From Klebsormidium nitens (Eukaryota > Plantae > Klebsormidiophyceae), in contig DF236950.1 in assembly GCA_000708835.1 (NCBI GenBank), positions 7,508 to 71,507 of the forward strand: 64,000 nucleotides of DNA, read 5' to 3'. The notes under the pieces are model-generated. The model saw nothing but the letters and a program-made list of their open reading frames with translations, searched no databases and was not told the DNA's origin. A program made the translations under genes and the position numbers. Of this stretch, positions 48,401-62,447 are shown piece after piece. Every line of letters starts with the position of its first letter. Position 1 is the first letter of the stretch.

Positions 48401-50681
48401 AGAGAGCGAGCTCACAACAAGTTAAAAGATACGAGCCAAGGAATCGGCAGACCCAATCCACAGAGTGGACAATAAAGAACTCATCTCCGAGAGAAAGTTC
48501 GAAAAGAGAGTATCTAGAATTCCATTCTATTCTTTGAGGAGCTTTTTCCCTTCTTTATTTGCTAGCCTCCCCTTTGAATGAAACAAGCTAACTGATGAGT
48601 CTACAACAGTGTCACAGAATGTATCAGAAGTGGAGGATCAACGAGAAGCAAGAAAGCCAGTCTGCCGGTAGAACGGACCCTCAACGGAATTACTAACCAG
48701 AACGCATGGTCACGGTATGGGACGCCTCACCGGAACGAGAAGCGAAGTCGAAGAGCGAGCCCCTCACCAGTATTTCCAGGCTGTGCCATCCAGTACTCGC
48801 CCTGACTTTCCTCCACCACTAACGCCGAACTTCAGCACGTGGCCTTGCTGTCGCCTCACCTTTTTCCTCCACTCTGCTGCTGCTGCCAGCGCGGCCTCGT
48901 GCTCCTCCCCCGCCGCTTTCTCCGCCGCCTCGGCTACTCTGATCGCGTCGGCTACCTTGCGCCGTAGCGCCTCCAGCTGTCCCTCCAGCACCGCCTCGCG
49001 CGCCGCCCCCGCCGCCACCTCCGCCCGCGCCTGCCGGGCCTCCAGCTCGGCCGCCTGCTTGCCCGCCTCCAGCTTCTGCACGCAGGCAAGTGAAGGGACA
49101 ATCTTGGTTTAGAATTTGGACAAAAGATGAGATGAGGAGGCCGAGACCTCGCCTGGTCGTCGAGTCATCTGTCGCACCTTGAGGCCATGGCTGGTCCCCG
49201 ACGACCTCGATGATTGAACAATGATTGCAATACATCTTCACGTAGAACGAGGTCGAAGGATACGAAGGCGCCGACCTTTCGACTTTAGTCAAGCACCGAC
49301 GTCGACAGTGTTCGACCTTCGTGGCTGCCAAGTTCAATACAATGGGTACCAGTCACCTCGAAACGAAGCTGATTGCATGCTCGACTCAAGCGACCACGAC
49401 TCGTACGCTGACTGCCAACCCTGCTTTCAGCTCTCTGCACACTCTGTAACCCTTTCCTCCGTCCCGCTCTCGCCCCGTGCTGCCTCACCTCCTGGTGCGC
49501 GCGCGCCTGCACTGCCTCCTCGCAGTGGAAGCACGGCGCGCCCGCCTCCCCCGCGTGGCTGTGGCGGGGCACGTTCTCCTTGGCGGGATGCGCCAGCGTC
49601 TGCGGCAGGCTGGCCAGCGGGGCGCGCGCGCTCGTGATGGCCTCCTCCAGCGCGGAGCGCCAGCTGGTGACGGACGACGGCAAGGGGGGCGGCGCGGACG
49701 ATACCGAGCGCAGGTACGAGCGGGGGGCCGTGGTCAGGCCTGCACCAACAAAACGAGAACCGCAAAACCGTTGGGTCGTCTTGTTTCAGGTGCCCGGCTG
49801 CCATACTGCCAGAATGATCAAGCTCGTTGTCAAACACGAAACGAGCCCGATCTGACAACCCCGAAACGGGGATTGTCTCCAAATTTTGGTGGAGCGGAAA
49901 AAGCTTGCAAAAGCAGCGACTCAGCTCAGATGCCACAATAAGCACTGGAAGGAGCTCCTCCCAATACCCATGTCGCAATTGGCTCTCCCGGCCCTGCTAG
50001 CTCAGCCGCTTGCATCAAAATGAGAGGTGCCCCGCAGCAGACTCACTGCCGTTGAAAGGGTCGCGGTAGGTGGCCTGCGAGCTGACGCTGCGTGCAAGTG
50101 AGCTGGTGCGTGTGAGGCTGCGCATTGTCGCGCGAGGTGCGTCGTAGAAGCCGTCTGAGATGGGGGCCGTACTGAACCAGCCACCGTCCTGGGTGTGGCC
50201 GGAGAAGCGGCGGCCCGCCTGGGAGCCAGACTTTCTGCAGCGAATGAAGACAGACATTTGAGGGGAGCCCACAAGCTCCGTTTCGTATTCGTGAAGGAGT
50301 TGTGTAAATAAGTTTGATGATGGGGGTGTGAGCTGGGATTCTCGATGGTACTGCTGGCCCAAAGCAGAACCGTGCAACTCTTACATTATTACCGTTGAAA
50401 CCAGATTCGACTTCCAAGTGCCAACTTCTTTTTCGATCCTATTCCTGTCTAACATTCATACGAGCCGTTTGAAGCTAGATTGCTGAGCTCAACGTTTCTT
50501 AGGGACTGGCGATCAGCTGCGCATGCTGATACCTGCTTGAACGCTGAAATTCATCCCTCTTGGACGGTGCAGCTTCGCCAGCAACGTCATCGCTTCGTCT
50601 CTGCATTCTTTTGATCTCCGCTTCTTCAGAGAAAGTGGGCCAATTGCCGTCCTCTGAAAGGGGCGCTTCCAACTCAGCCAT
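45464..50681 (-). CDS. Multi-exon Ala/Glu/Arg-rich coiled-coil protein, function unknown
   Basis: About ten GC-rich exons with canonical splice sites (e.g. ~49078-48860, ~48280-48065, ~47439-47260) encoding heptad-rich helices. The start at 50681 is tentative. Confidence 0.6.
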
Positions 50682-51778
50682 GCAGCTATCAGAAAATGCT
50701 GCTATAGCTTTCTGATGCAGCTATGAGAGGGCTAAAAGCGAGAAGCTTCCGCTTGTGCTTGGGAAGTGGTTCTGCTTTAAAGAATAATCGCCGAATCAAA
50801 CTTTACTTTGCTCTCTTTCGGGCCCACTGTGCTCCTCACAGCACAACAGCATAATTGTCCGAGAGTCTTATCACTGGCCCCGATAGCAACGAGCTCGCCA
50901 ATGCTGTGGATGTGCCCGGCTTCTCAGTGAGCGCCCATTGGCCCGGCAAGACTAGCCTTTGGACCTTGCAGTTAGACCGGATTGATCACATAGAATATGG
51001 AGACATCAGGCCCCAAAAGATCTTCCGTTTCTTTTTAGCTGCTTTGAGATATCAGTAGGCGAGTAAGTCTCATAAGTCTGATTCAATAGCACGACTTTGG
51101 CAGCATTGAGCGGATCGACATCAATCCTGATCAAAGTCTACTCTCGCTTCAGTTTGACGTCATGAGATCGAGGACCTTTAGACGGCTAGATGTGAGAAAG
51201 CGGATAAGGATCTCGACTTGTCTAATCGTAGGCATTGGATCAACTACTGTAAGGCCGCATGAATGCAGCAATACTGCGTCATTAGAGGTCACCTGGCCTG
51301 ATTGTGTCCTGCCAAAGAAAGCGACATGTGCGAAGTCCGTTTCATGCGCGCCAAAATACGAACGGCGAGATATCCAAGGGACCCAGTCCAACATTGAGCC
51401 TGCTAACTTGTCCATTCCAAGGGTCACAATATGTCGTACTGTTCACGTATTTGATTCCTCCAAAGAGTTTTGAGTCGATGAATGCTGCATCCTCGGAGCG
51501 CATCTGGGCCTCAAGCTATGAAGCTAGGGCCGAGGTCTAAGGCAGCGTACTGAAGCTAGATCCAACAGCGGATGTCAGAACACAAGCTGACATCATGAGC
51601 AGACTTTGTCACATTGCTCGGGTCAGGGGAATGCGAGCCGTCTGGCATTCGTCATGTGCTAGCAACATCATGAACAGATTGCAGCGAAGATTTTCTGCAC
51701 ACTGGGATCCGACGTACGCGTGCCGGCACGTTCAAGTATGAGCCTGTCTTCAGGGATAATTCAGTGCCTCAGCGCCGC

Positions 51779-51804
51779 GCAGCGTGCAGCCCGCTGCACG
51801 CTGC
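51779..51804. other. Perfect 12-bp-stem hairpin GCAGCGTGCAGC-CC-GCTGCACGCTGC
   Basis: Seen directly in intergenic DNA. Confidence 0.6.
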
Positions 51805-52716
51805 ATGGCGATAGCTGGGCCTAGGTAGCATACCAACCCAGCTCAAGGTTACGTGAGTACCTACCAAAGCCTCAGCCTTTTAACTATTACGGTAGACCGA
51901 CTCCCTGTACAGTTGTACCACGCGACTTCTCTTTCCCGCGGCCAAACAGGAATCCCCCAACTGACGTCAGCCCCAGATACATACCAGATTAGCTTGCGTC
52001 ATTGTATATCTTGGGGTACGCAACCGGCCGTTAAAGCTGGTGGCGTGGGTACTAACAAATCGTCCGATGATACGCACCTTCCAAATGGCCCCTTGTAAAC
52101 CGTCGATAAATTGTCGTCGATGTCATCGCCTTGTGCAAGTGAGTCAGACTCCGACAGAGCCCCCTGACACAGCCCTACCAGATTTCCGCTGTTTCCAAAT
52201 TGACCACGTAGGCTGGCGCACTGTCCAGGTGGCAGCTTCAACCGTCTCGCCCGCCTTTGCCAAGGTGTTGCTCTGCTTGAGCGGAGGTCCGAGGGCCACC
52301 ATGGATGCCGCATGCCCATGTCGAGCTGGATGTGCAAGCCGATTAAAAGGTCCTCGCGCTGCGGGGTTCCCATGCACAGTGTCTGAACTATGAGCGCAAA
52401 CCTGCTTTGCATGTGAAACTTTTGCGTAAATTTTGAGCAGTCTTCAGCAAAGACAAGCTGGAAAGAAACTTCGAGCAATCGGAGAGCTCTGCGAACTTCG
52501 TCCTGTTGGTGCTGCAAGCTACCGTTTACTCGTTCAATGAAGAGGTAGAGACGGATCCTGTAGCTGCTTGAGGAGTTGGCTGTGTTTTACCTTCAAGAGA
52601 AGAAGAGTGCCGGATCAGAGATCTGAGCAAGGTCCTCGCTGAAGCATGCAATTGCCAGATTGCAAAGATCAATAACAACGACTTCAAAGTGCTTAGAAAG
52701 TCGATCCTGAGCTGCC

Positions 52717-55700
52717 ATGGAGGCGTGTGCCTCAGCCCGCACAGGAGCGTTCGCTCCCACTCATTGGACTTCCAGCTGGAGAACTAGTGGTGGTACAGTC
52801 CGCCGCAATCAAACCCGTGGTGGACGGCCAGTATCTGGACTGCCCACTTTCTGGTCTGGTACACCCTTGTACACGCGAACCAGCTTCTTGGGTCGGTGCC
52901 AGAACCAGCAAGATGAGCGGCAAAGCTGCCGGCAGCCAACGCGGGGTGTGCGCTGCCAGGCGGTGGAGCATGCCCAGATGAGCAAGGTGTTTGCCAGACA
53001 AGCAAAGCCGGCCAGCGGGGCCGTGCAGACAGCGGGGCAGGGCACAATTGAGATCAAGGGGCGTAGAGGCGCGCAGGAGCGGGTAAAAAGCGAGGCCGAC
53101 GCTGTCAACGAAGAGGTAAGGAGCCCTTGTGGTAGTGAAGCTTCATCAGCACCTGGACTCTTTGTGTGGGCGACGGTGCTGTTTGATCTGGATTGTTTGC
53201 TGGCGCTGTACATAGCGTGGTTCGAGTTAAAAAGCTTAAACACCTGGCTGACTTGACCAGGCTGATCACCATGGGCTTGTATGAGAGAGGTCTCGGGCAA
53301 ACTCGCTGACTTCGAGTTCTGTCAGTCAGCCATTCGGCCATTCGTTCTTATTCATTCATTGTGGTCTGTTGCTTGCAGAGGTTAGATGCCCTTTCAGCCA
53401 CTCTGCGAGGGGCTCTGGCTGCAGCTGTCCTGAACGGGGGAGATAACCTCCATATGGTGGCAGCCTCCATCGTGGCCCTCACCCTGGTGAGTTCGCACAC
53501 TTCAAACAACGTTCATGTTTTGATGGGCAACTGAAGATTACAGTTCGAACTTGTCAAAGTTCTGATATGCAACTGTAAGATTATAAACGTCGGTAGCACT
53601 GCTGGTCATTTGAAAACACGAACAGTACAGATGGGCTGGAGCGATTTCTTGCTTGATTTTCGTTTTGCGTCCTTCTCTGCAAGTGGCGTTCAGCTTTGCA
53701 TACAGTATGTTGAAAGTCTGATCCTGCTTATGCAAGAGGCTCCTCGAACGATTGCTGCTTTTTGTGCAGTGTCCAATCATGTGAAGTGTTCTGGGCTAGC
53801 AGTTTGATCTAATGCCCAGGTCTTCCTTTGGAGGTTCTGTTGTTTCCTTTTAGTCTATCGAGGCACCTGTGTTGTATCGGTTTCTGCACAGTACTTAGCT
53901 TACTTATTCCACGTGCTGACTCGCCCCACTTGTGTTTTCCAGGCCTCTGTTCCCCCTCAGCAGCTGGGCACTTTCATCATGCAACTAGGAGACTCCACCG
54001 TCCTGCCTTCCCAACAACAAATTGAAAAGCTGCTCAGGTAGGAGGACATATTCCACACTTTAGGAGTTTGATTCCGGCCTTTCAGGACCTTTGTCCTGCT
54101 GGGCAGTTTCCTTCTCTTCTCATACATTTGAAACGAACTGGACTGCATGCGTTTTTCTTTGCTTCTAACAATCCGAGGAATAATCAAGTGATCGAGGAGA
54201 GCTGCCCACATGGCCCGAACGATCTTCCGCATTCATCAGTTGAATGCCTCAGTCACGTGTTTCGTTCCTGTGCTTGCGGATTTTAGTATATGCTTTTACC
54301 TCTTTGAGCTGTCTTGACTTTGTAAGACTGATTTGATTAGTTTGGGATCCTGCGTTGGATTTGTTCTGCATGCCATGCTTCCCCTCTCGAATAAAAATCA
54401 AGCGTTTCATGTGATGCGTCCTGTGAGAATCTGGGTTTGGTTTCCTACGTTTTCGACTAGCTTTTCAATGTGACATCTTAGTCGGGGTTTGTCACGTTCA
54501 GTCACCTATTTCTTCCCTAGCCTTTTTCTCTCTCTCTCTGATCTATGTTGGACAGGGACAAGTTTGCTGGGGCAGTCGTCCCTGTTTCATGGACCTTTTG
54601 ATTGAGCCTTTTCCACATCTTGCACGAGCTGAACTTCACTTGCCTTTGTCCCTGGCAGACGCATCGACCACGCTCTGCGCAGCTCCGCCTCCGGCCGCTC
54701 CAACCTGTTACAGCTCAAGGAGGCCGTGCGCCTGCTCCAGCAGAGCAGCGCCGCGCCATCCTCGCAAGTCTCGCACCTCCTCAAGGCGGCCGGAGACACC
54801 GCCTCCGCCCTCGGCACTTCTGCTGCATCCAGCCTTAGCCGGAGCCTTAGCGGCGCCTCTGCGATTGGCTCCTCGGCTGCAGAAGGCGTGGCACGTGGCT
54901 TCGCTGACGTGGCGCGCAAGGTGGCCGAGGTGGTCATTCAGTCGGACGACGGGCTCAAGGTGTCCTTCGCCATGGACATCGACATGACGTCACCTAAGGC
55001 GCCCACTGCAGAAAAAGTTGGTGCGTTTGGGCCGCAGGCGGGTGAAGACGTCTTCGCGATGCTGCAGTCGGCAGTAACGGCGCAGCGCACAGCTAAGGCC
55101 GCCAAGAAGGGCTTCAAGGTGCTGTCGGAAGACGACGGCCGGGTGGGCCGGAAGGAGCCCGTGGTGTACGTGCCGCTCGAGCTGGCGGCCAACGTGACTG
55201 ACAGCAAGCCCGTCCAGGTGCAGGTGGGCGACCGCCACGTTTCTGAAACGCCAAGTGGCAACATGCGATCGACCGTCTTTCTCTGATCTGTTTCGACGTT
55301 CGTCGAAGAGTCTTTACATTTGTTTACACGTGTCTTGACATTTCGTACGATTTCATTTGCTTCGCTTTGTTTCAATAGACTCTAGAAAAACATGCTTCGA
55401 AGCAAGTGGGCGGGCAGAGTTTGCCAGAGACGCATTCCTTTTCGAGTCGCCCATCAGCGGGACGAGAGTTGACAAACTCTCTTCTTGTTTTCTGTGCGCA
55501 GGTGTACGGTCAGACGTTGGTACTGTGGCGCCCCCGCCCCGGCGAGGTGGCTGCCATGTCGGACGTGTGCCCGCACCGCGGCGCGTCGCTGGCCATGGGC
55601 TCGCTTGTGGGCACCACCGGCAAGGACGGCCGCGGCAAGTGCGTCAAGTGCCCCTACCACGGCCTCGAGTTCGACGCCGCGGGGACGTGCCAGAAGAAGA

Positions 55701-57770
55701 ACATCCACCTCGACCCCATCAAGGTGAGGCGGACTTCGCTCCTTGCGGAAGTTTGACTCGTCAGGCCTTTTGTTAAGTTCGTGTACGCTTAGTTTACGGG
55801 CTTCCAACATTGGATCGGCTCTGCTAATCCGGTTTGCGCGTCGTTGTGTAGTTTTCAGTGGGTTTAGCGTACGCTTAGTATACGGGCTTCCAACATTGGA
55901 TCGGCTCTGCTTATCCGGTTTGCGCGTCGTTGTGTAGCTTTCAGTGTGTCGAATCTATATGAAAATCCTGTTCGCTACTTGTGGTAGATCGAGCTTCATT
56001 CGAACGACGGCTTCCTCCGTGATCCTAGAGTTCTCCGCGTGGCTGTTTCGCTGGATAATGAACCAAGCAGTGGGGTAATTCGGCTTCGTCGGTGAGAAGG
56101 CTGCCCAGGACTTCGCTAGATTGACCTCTAATATTGCTCACGCGTCGCTTCCACGCAGATTGTGGAGGCCAACGGCGTTATCTGGATGGAGGAGAAGGCC
56201 CCGGCGACGGGCGTGATCGACGTGGAGGCCATGGAGATGCCCCCCCTGCTGCGCTCCGTCATGGAGTCGCTGGCCCCCGAGCCACGTGACCCCCCCGCGA
56301 GCGCTATCCCCGCCGTCCCCCGCACCCTGCTCCGCCCCAAGCGCAGCAACGCGCCCGCGGCCGCGCTCGACGCCCCGCCCGCCACCCCGCTCCCTCAGGC
56401 CGAAGTACCCGATGACGTTATGCGCGCGCGCGCGGAGGCGCTCTCGGACGCTCGGCCGAGGAGCGACGTGGAGGTGCTGGATGGGCCGGCTCTGGCCGCC
56501 GGAAAGAGTGACGGTGCCGAGGAGGGCCACGTGGAGGTCGCGCTGGTGACGGAGGATGACACACCCGAGGAGCCCAACGCGGGGCTGCCCTTCAACGAAC
56601 ACTTCCTGGACCCCCACTACTCGTGAGTCGCCTACAGTGCTCAGTCCCAACCTGTTACGAGAACCGAGGTGCTTTTCCTCGACCTGTTGACAGGATCCTC
56701 GACCTGTTGACAGGATCCTGCGACCTGGGTTTGCTTGCATGTAACATCTTCTGGAATTGTTTGAAAGCGCGTGATAGGGTCGAACATGTAGATTATCGAT
56801 TGCAAGTCACTGAGCTGACATAACATGCCTCTGAGTGTGCAGTTGCTAGTTTCACCGATTCGTAGCCGCGTAACGAGTCATCTATGCGACTACTTTCATC
56901 GATTTTTTAACGGTCTCATTGTCGGGTGCCAGGCCTCGTTTTCTTCGTCGTCGGATTCCTGGCCTGCGGAAATTTTCCTTTATTAAAGCTGTTCGTTCTT
57001 GCACGCGTGCAGGCAGCTGGGCGGGACGGTGGACATTGAGAGCGCGCCCCGCGCGGTGGTGGACAACACGTTCGACCTGCACCACATGATGTACGTGCAC
57101 GCCTCCAGCTTCGGCGGCGGCGAGCTCATCCGCACGTGGAAGCCGGACCCGCTCACCATCTGCTTCGAGTACGGCATGAACCAGCGGAGCAACCCGTTCA
57201 GCAAGTTCTTCGGCGACGGCCGCGTGCTGGTCACCATGCAGCGGTCGCCCCCTTACAGCGCCATGGTCACCGTGGGCGACCCCAGCGGGGCTGTCGTGCT
57301 CAAGACGCTGACGCACGTCGTGCCCATCTCCTCCACCAAGTCCAAGCTCGTATGGCAGGTCAGCGCTCTTTACCGTCCGTTTTACTATTGTCCGAATTGT
57401 GAAGCTCCGAAGGGGTTCAATTCACCTTCGTTTCCTTGCACGTGCTTTTCTTCGTACGGTCGTTCCCTACCTGTGGCTTCATGTCCTAATTGTGGCTTCA
57501 TGTTTATAATTGCACCCGGGCTGGCGGTTTCCTCGTGCCTGTTTCGACCCTTACTTGTTTCGACTGGTGAACCCGTTTCGTCTCGCTCTTTCGTAGCAAG
57601 GTGCTAACGATTCTCTTGTGCGTGTGCAGCTGCTGCGCAACTTCGGGCGGCCGTCGTTCATGGACTTCTTCTTCCGGCAAGCGGTAAAGCAGATTCTGGC
57701 GGAGGACAAGGCCGTGCTGGAGGGCGTCAACCTGCACGGTGTGCGTAAGGGCATGGACCTCGGCATCTAG
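52717..57770 (+). CDS. Rieske non-heme iron oxygenase (CAO/PAO/TIC55-like superfamily), probably plastid-targeted
   Basis: Exons at about 52717-53115, 53380-53486, 53944-54039, 54659-55223, 55502-55723, 56159-56622, 57014-57357 and 57630-57770. Rieske motif DVCPHRGASL...KCPYHGLEFDAAGTC, mononuclear-iron motif VVDNTFDLHHMMYVH, and C-terminal ILAEDKAVL. The N-terminus is Ser/Thr/Arg-rich. Confidence 0.85.
55782..55945 (+). repeat. ~77-bp tandem duplication in an intron
   Basis: GTACGCTTAGT.TACGGGCTTCCAACATTGGATCGGCTCTGCT.ATCCGGTTTGCGCGTCGTTGTGTAG.TTTCAGTG occurs twice. Confidence 0.85.
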
Positions 57771-59061
57771 AGCGGGCACAAAACGGGGCGCACGCAAATT
57801 GCTGGGGGCTGTCAGCATATTGGAAAGGTGTAAGACCGACGAGAGGTTTGACGAACGTCCATTTGGTCGCAGCTCGCGTGAGGTTCGCATATACATGTAC
57901 TGTGTTTGATAAACGGACGACTGACATGTAGACATATGTAGGATTAGTTGCTCGCGCGCTGCAAAGATTCGTGTATTCAAATACTGATGTTGTAGATAGC
58001 ATTTCGTGCGTGACGATTTTGTGTGAAGAAGCAGCGTTTGCTGTTACGTGTGCATAGAAACAGTTGAAGCTGACTGCGTGGCATGTGTAGAGTTTGCGAT
58101 TGGATATGGTAGACGAAAGATAGTACTAACAAAGGTACGTAGATTAGTCTTACAAGGGTAGTGCATAGACATACCTGACTCGTACTTGACCTGTCAAAGG
58201 AATGTAGATAATTCACTCGTGTAAAGATTGTAGCTTCGACTTTACGAACTAATCTGCTATATTTTTATAGCGAATTGCAATACCACGGTTTGATCTTCTA
58301 GATTGTCGGGTTCAGAACATATTGAATCGCTCATCATGTGATGCTAGCTTTCAAACCTCCATATTTACCTGCGTTAAAGTGCAAATGGCTCTTCAAGCAA
58401 TCATTGATGTCCTTATTAGGCATGGCTCGAGCGGTTGTAAGATTAAAGTTGAAGGGTTGCGGTCACTAGCCGCACTAGCCGCGAGTGCGTTGACGCCTCC
58501 GACGGGTTGCTTGCACTAACCAACGGTATGCCGGAATTTGGCATACATTTGTAATGTGTGGACCTCTACGAAGAAACATGCGATGACTGTGTGACAGCCT
58601 CTATGGCCGCATTGGCAGAAAACTTTGTGTAGGGTTGAGCATCAAGAACAAGATCGAAGATTTGCTTACCGAAGTACGAAGCACATGGCGCCCAGGGTGG
58701 AGCCAGGGGGGAGCCAGCAGCTGTAGCATTGAAACTGGTGGATTTAGGGGTGGGGACTTGAAAGTCATGGAACATCATATAACGTTGCGGTTGGTGGACC
58801 TAGGTTAAGGTGTAACCCAGATGGGTCAACAGCGCTGCATATATGAATTATGTGACGGACGATTTAGGGTTTCGCCTTAAACCTGAAATTTTTAGAAGGG
58901 TTTGCATACGTGGCGGGTGTCGTGGAGTTGCCCAACCGTTGATAGCACTGGAGTCGCCAGCGTCAGCAATAGGTGATCTTATTCTCTGCACCTCTCGAAG
59001 CTGGAGCATTCTTTCAACTTCAAGGAAGAGTTGGTCGTCTATCTCGCCCATTTCTTCCACC

Positions 59062-62000
59062 ATGGCTGCCAGCTCTCTGCTTCTGCTCGTGACCTTGCTT
59101 GCTGCGGTTTCCGCTGCCTCTGCGTGGCGGCCTCTATTCCCCATCGTCCAGCCGAGCGTGGATAGTCTGCTGGGGGTGGAGGACAAGTTTGGCGCGTTCC
59201 TGGTGCAGTATGGCAAAAACTACACAGGCAGCCAATATTTGCACCGCCTCAAGGTCTTCCGGGACAACTTGGTCAAGGCAACACTCAATCAGGTGCGCGG
59301 ACTACAGCATTGAGCTGGTCAATATAGAAGGAATTGATGTTTCGGCAGAATGGGCGTCAAGGTGGACGAGCAGTCATATGCTTGGGGCTGGTCCAAATTG
59401 CCCCTTGTGGCAGGTCTGATTACTGAGCTGCTACCTTAAGGTGGAGGGGGGAAATTGGGAACAAAAAGGGGAAATTACCAAACATAGCTATGGATGAACG
59501 AGACGTTGATTGCACTCCATCCGAGACCACCATGTGCCCGACACCCACTTTAAGCATATGCACCTCACCTTTAACTTCAGTGCGTCCCCTCTGAGTTATA
59601 GGCTGCCTGTCTATAAGAACGTCAAAGTTGGGCATCCTTGGCTCGCAATTTTTCCACACTGCAATCGGCAGGATGATGTCCTCTTATTAACTGGTTTTGT
59701 GATCCTTTTCGGGAATCGAATTTATTTTGGTTCTGTGAAAGATTTGGTCTGCCAAATGACACAAGGTGTGAAAGTGGCGCTCTTAGTTGTGTGCCACGAG
59801 CATTAGACTTGGAGATGGTTCCGCTTGTTTACCTCAAGTGTTGGTTGTCGATCATAAGGGCAGAACGGAAACAATCTCTTTTACAACCAATCTTTCAGAA
59901 ACCGGGGGCACTGCACCATCGACACCCCCGTACAGCCGTTTTGTCGTTCTGTCCTTCTTGGGGTCTTCTTCAAGTGGCAGAGGCTGCGAGAATTACTCCT
60001 TTTTCTCACCAGTATTTCTTTGTTGATTGCCCTAGTTTGACCTCTTGAGTCGCTTCGCTTCTTTCCTCGCAATATCTCATACTTTTGTGCATGCTGGGCG
60101 GTCACAGCACCCCAACATTGTCTTGATCAGCGCTGTTCCTACTATTGTATGGTCTTTCAGGAAGCTTTGTTTCGGAACGCCTTGGTCAATTTGCACGACT
60201 TTAGGGGCCACTTTTGATCCTATTCAGCAAGACCCACATCAAAACCCCTCTTTTTACGAGCAAGTGCCCTCTCTCCGACCTGCGCACTTCCTATTGCAAT
60301 TGTGCACTGTGTGCAACCCTACCTTTGTCCTACTTCTCTTGCAAAGTCTCGTTCTGCAAGTCTCAAGCTCAACGGACATATTCTGAATCAATACTTGTCT
60401 GCCCCCCCTAGTTGAACGACCCCGGTGCGCAGCACGGTATCACGCAATTCTCTGACCTGACTGAGGAGGAGTTCCAGCACTACTACCTGGGCCTGGCCTC
60501 CGCGCACGAGCCGGGCGAGAGCATTCCCGTCGCCCCCCCGCTGCCCACTGGGGACCTCCCCGAGACGTTTGACTGGCGCGACAGGGGCGCGGTGACGCCC
60601 GTGAAGAACCAGGGCATGTGCGGCTCCTGCTGGGCGTTTGCCACCACGGGCGCCATCGAGGGCGCGCACTACGTCAAGACGGGCGAGCTCGTCAGCCTCT
60701 CGGAGCAGGAGCTCGTGGACTGCGACCATGAGGTGGGGGAACACATTCATGTTGGGATTATGGAGATTGGTTATTTGATGGATATTCTCTTGTGATTTCG
60801 GCGTTGAAAGGCTTATGTTTAGATTTCGACATTGAAATGCTTCTTTAATATCTGAGTATTGGCTGTGACTGGGAGCCTCAGTGCTGGGATAATTCTTTTG
60901 AGGTAAGGGAAGACGGGTGTACACACAATCGGCTATTGCTCACGAGTAGAAACTAGGTGTAATATCATCATGTAATCTAAGAAGGTCTTCTATCATCAGG
61001 TAAGCCGCTTGTGTAGCCTCTTCGGCACTTACTGGTAAGGCTAGAGCAACATCGCGCTCAGGGTGCTGTCATTGTACACGCCCATATGTCAGGATGGAGC
61101 TTGAGCCACTTCATGTAGTATAAGCGCAATTTTGGTGCTATACTTGCAGTTATCCAATAGATAAGAATTCGATCTCACTTACTCTCAGTAGAACAAGACG
61201 TCCTTTTTTATGTCGCTCTCACCTTCACTTCCCTGCTGCCTGCTTAGGGGACTTCCTCGCTATGCTGCCCCTGGGGTAAACGTGCAGTGGTGTTTTCCCC
61301 GCAACTCTGCCCTTTTTAATAGGCCCCCCCTCTTGCATATTTACAGTGCGACCCCAATTTCCCGGAGGCGTGTGACAGCGGGTGCAGCGGAGGGCTGCCT
61401 AACAATGCGCTGGAGTGGATCGTGGATAAGGGTGGCCTCGTTTCGGAGGCGGACTACCCCTACTCGGGCCAGGACGGCACCTGCAAGCTCACCGACTCTC
61501 TCACGATTGCGGCCAAGGTTGACAACTTTTCGCGCGTCGCAGTCGACGAAGAGCAGGTGCGTACCCGCCCGCCAAGACAGGGCCTGTGACGGGTCTTGGT
61601 ATTTGTCCATCGACCATTCTCCTGGAGTTCGTCAAAGTAGCTCACTAGCCAAGTGGCAATCGATTGGTCCCTTATTGGTGCCCAAGCAGACATAGGCATG
61701 ATCCACCTTGTTTCCTTCCCCGTTGAGCTGTCATGTGAAAGCCTTGATACTGTCGAAAAGCTGGCTCCGACCGTCGATTCACAGTACCTGCTGTATTATG
61801 TCCTTCTTCCTGACACCCGCTCCAGTCAAAGCGCTCCTTACTGCATACAGGATCACATGTATGATCGCAAGCCTGCTTCCTGACCTGTTACCTTACTGCG
61901 CTGCAGATTGCGGCGAACCTGGTGAAGTTCGGCCCGCTGGCCATCGGCATCAACGCCAACTACCTGCAGACGTACATTGGCGGCGTGACGTGCCCGCTGA

Positions 62001-62447
62001 TCTGCAACCGGCACGCGCTGAACCACGGCGTGGTGCTGGTGGGCTACGGCGTGCACGGCTTCACGCCCATCCGCCTCGGCTTCAAGCCGTACTGGATCGT
62101 CAAGAACTCTTGGGGGCCGCACTGGGGCGAGCAGGGCTACTTCAAGTGAGGCCATACACGGCACCGCCCAGGCCTTCCGCTGCAGGCCGCTGGCGAGCTG
62201 AAGTACAGTTTGCAAAAGAAATGAAGAGGTGCTTGCGAGAAAAGGCAAATGCAGATGTCTTGCCGTTCCTTTTCGCTTGCACCCGCTTGTACGAGCGGTT
62301 TGTGTTGGCGGCCGTGAGCTGCAGTGGACGTGCAAGGAGGGAAAGACGAACAGAGCTGATGCGACTTTGCTGTCGTGCAGGATTTGCCGCGGGAAGGGCG
62401 AGTGCGGACTCAACACGATGGTGTCGGCCGTTATCAAGGCAGAGTGA
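59062..62447 (+). CDS. RD19: Papain-like cysteine protease, RD19/cathepsin-F-like subfamily
   Basis: Exons 59062-59292, 60412-60732, 61347-61556, 61907-62145 and 62381-62447. Signal peptide, ERFNAQ-type prodomain ([17 protein letters not shown]), [30 protein letters not shown] and [14 protein letters not shown]. Confidence 0.93.

Noticed and set aside
51149-52517. ORFs 51149-51427 and 51999-52517
   Set aside because: No motifs, no convincing splice structure, and codon style unlike neighbouring host exons.
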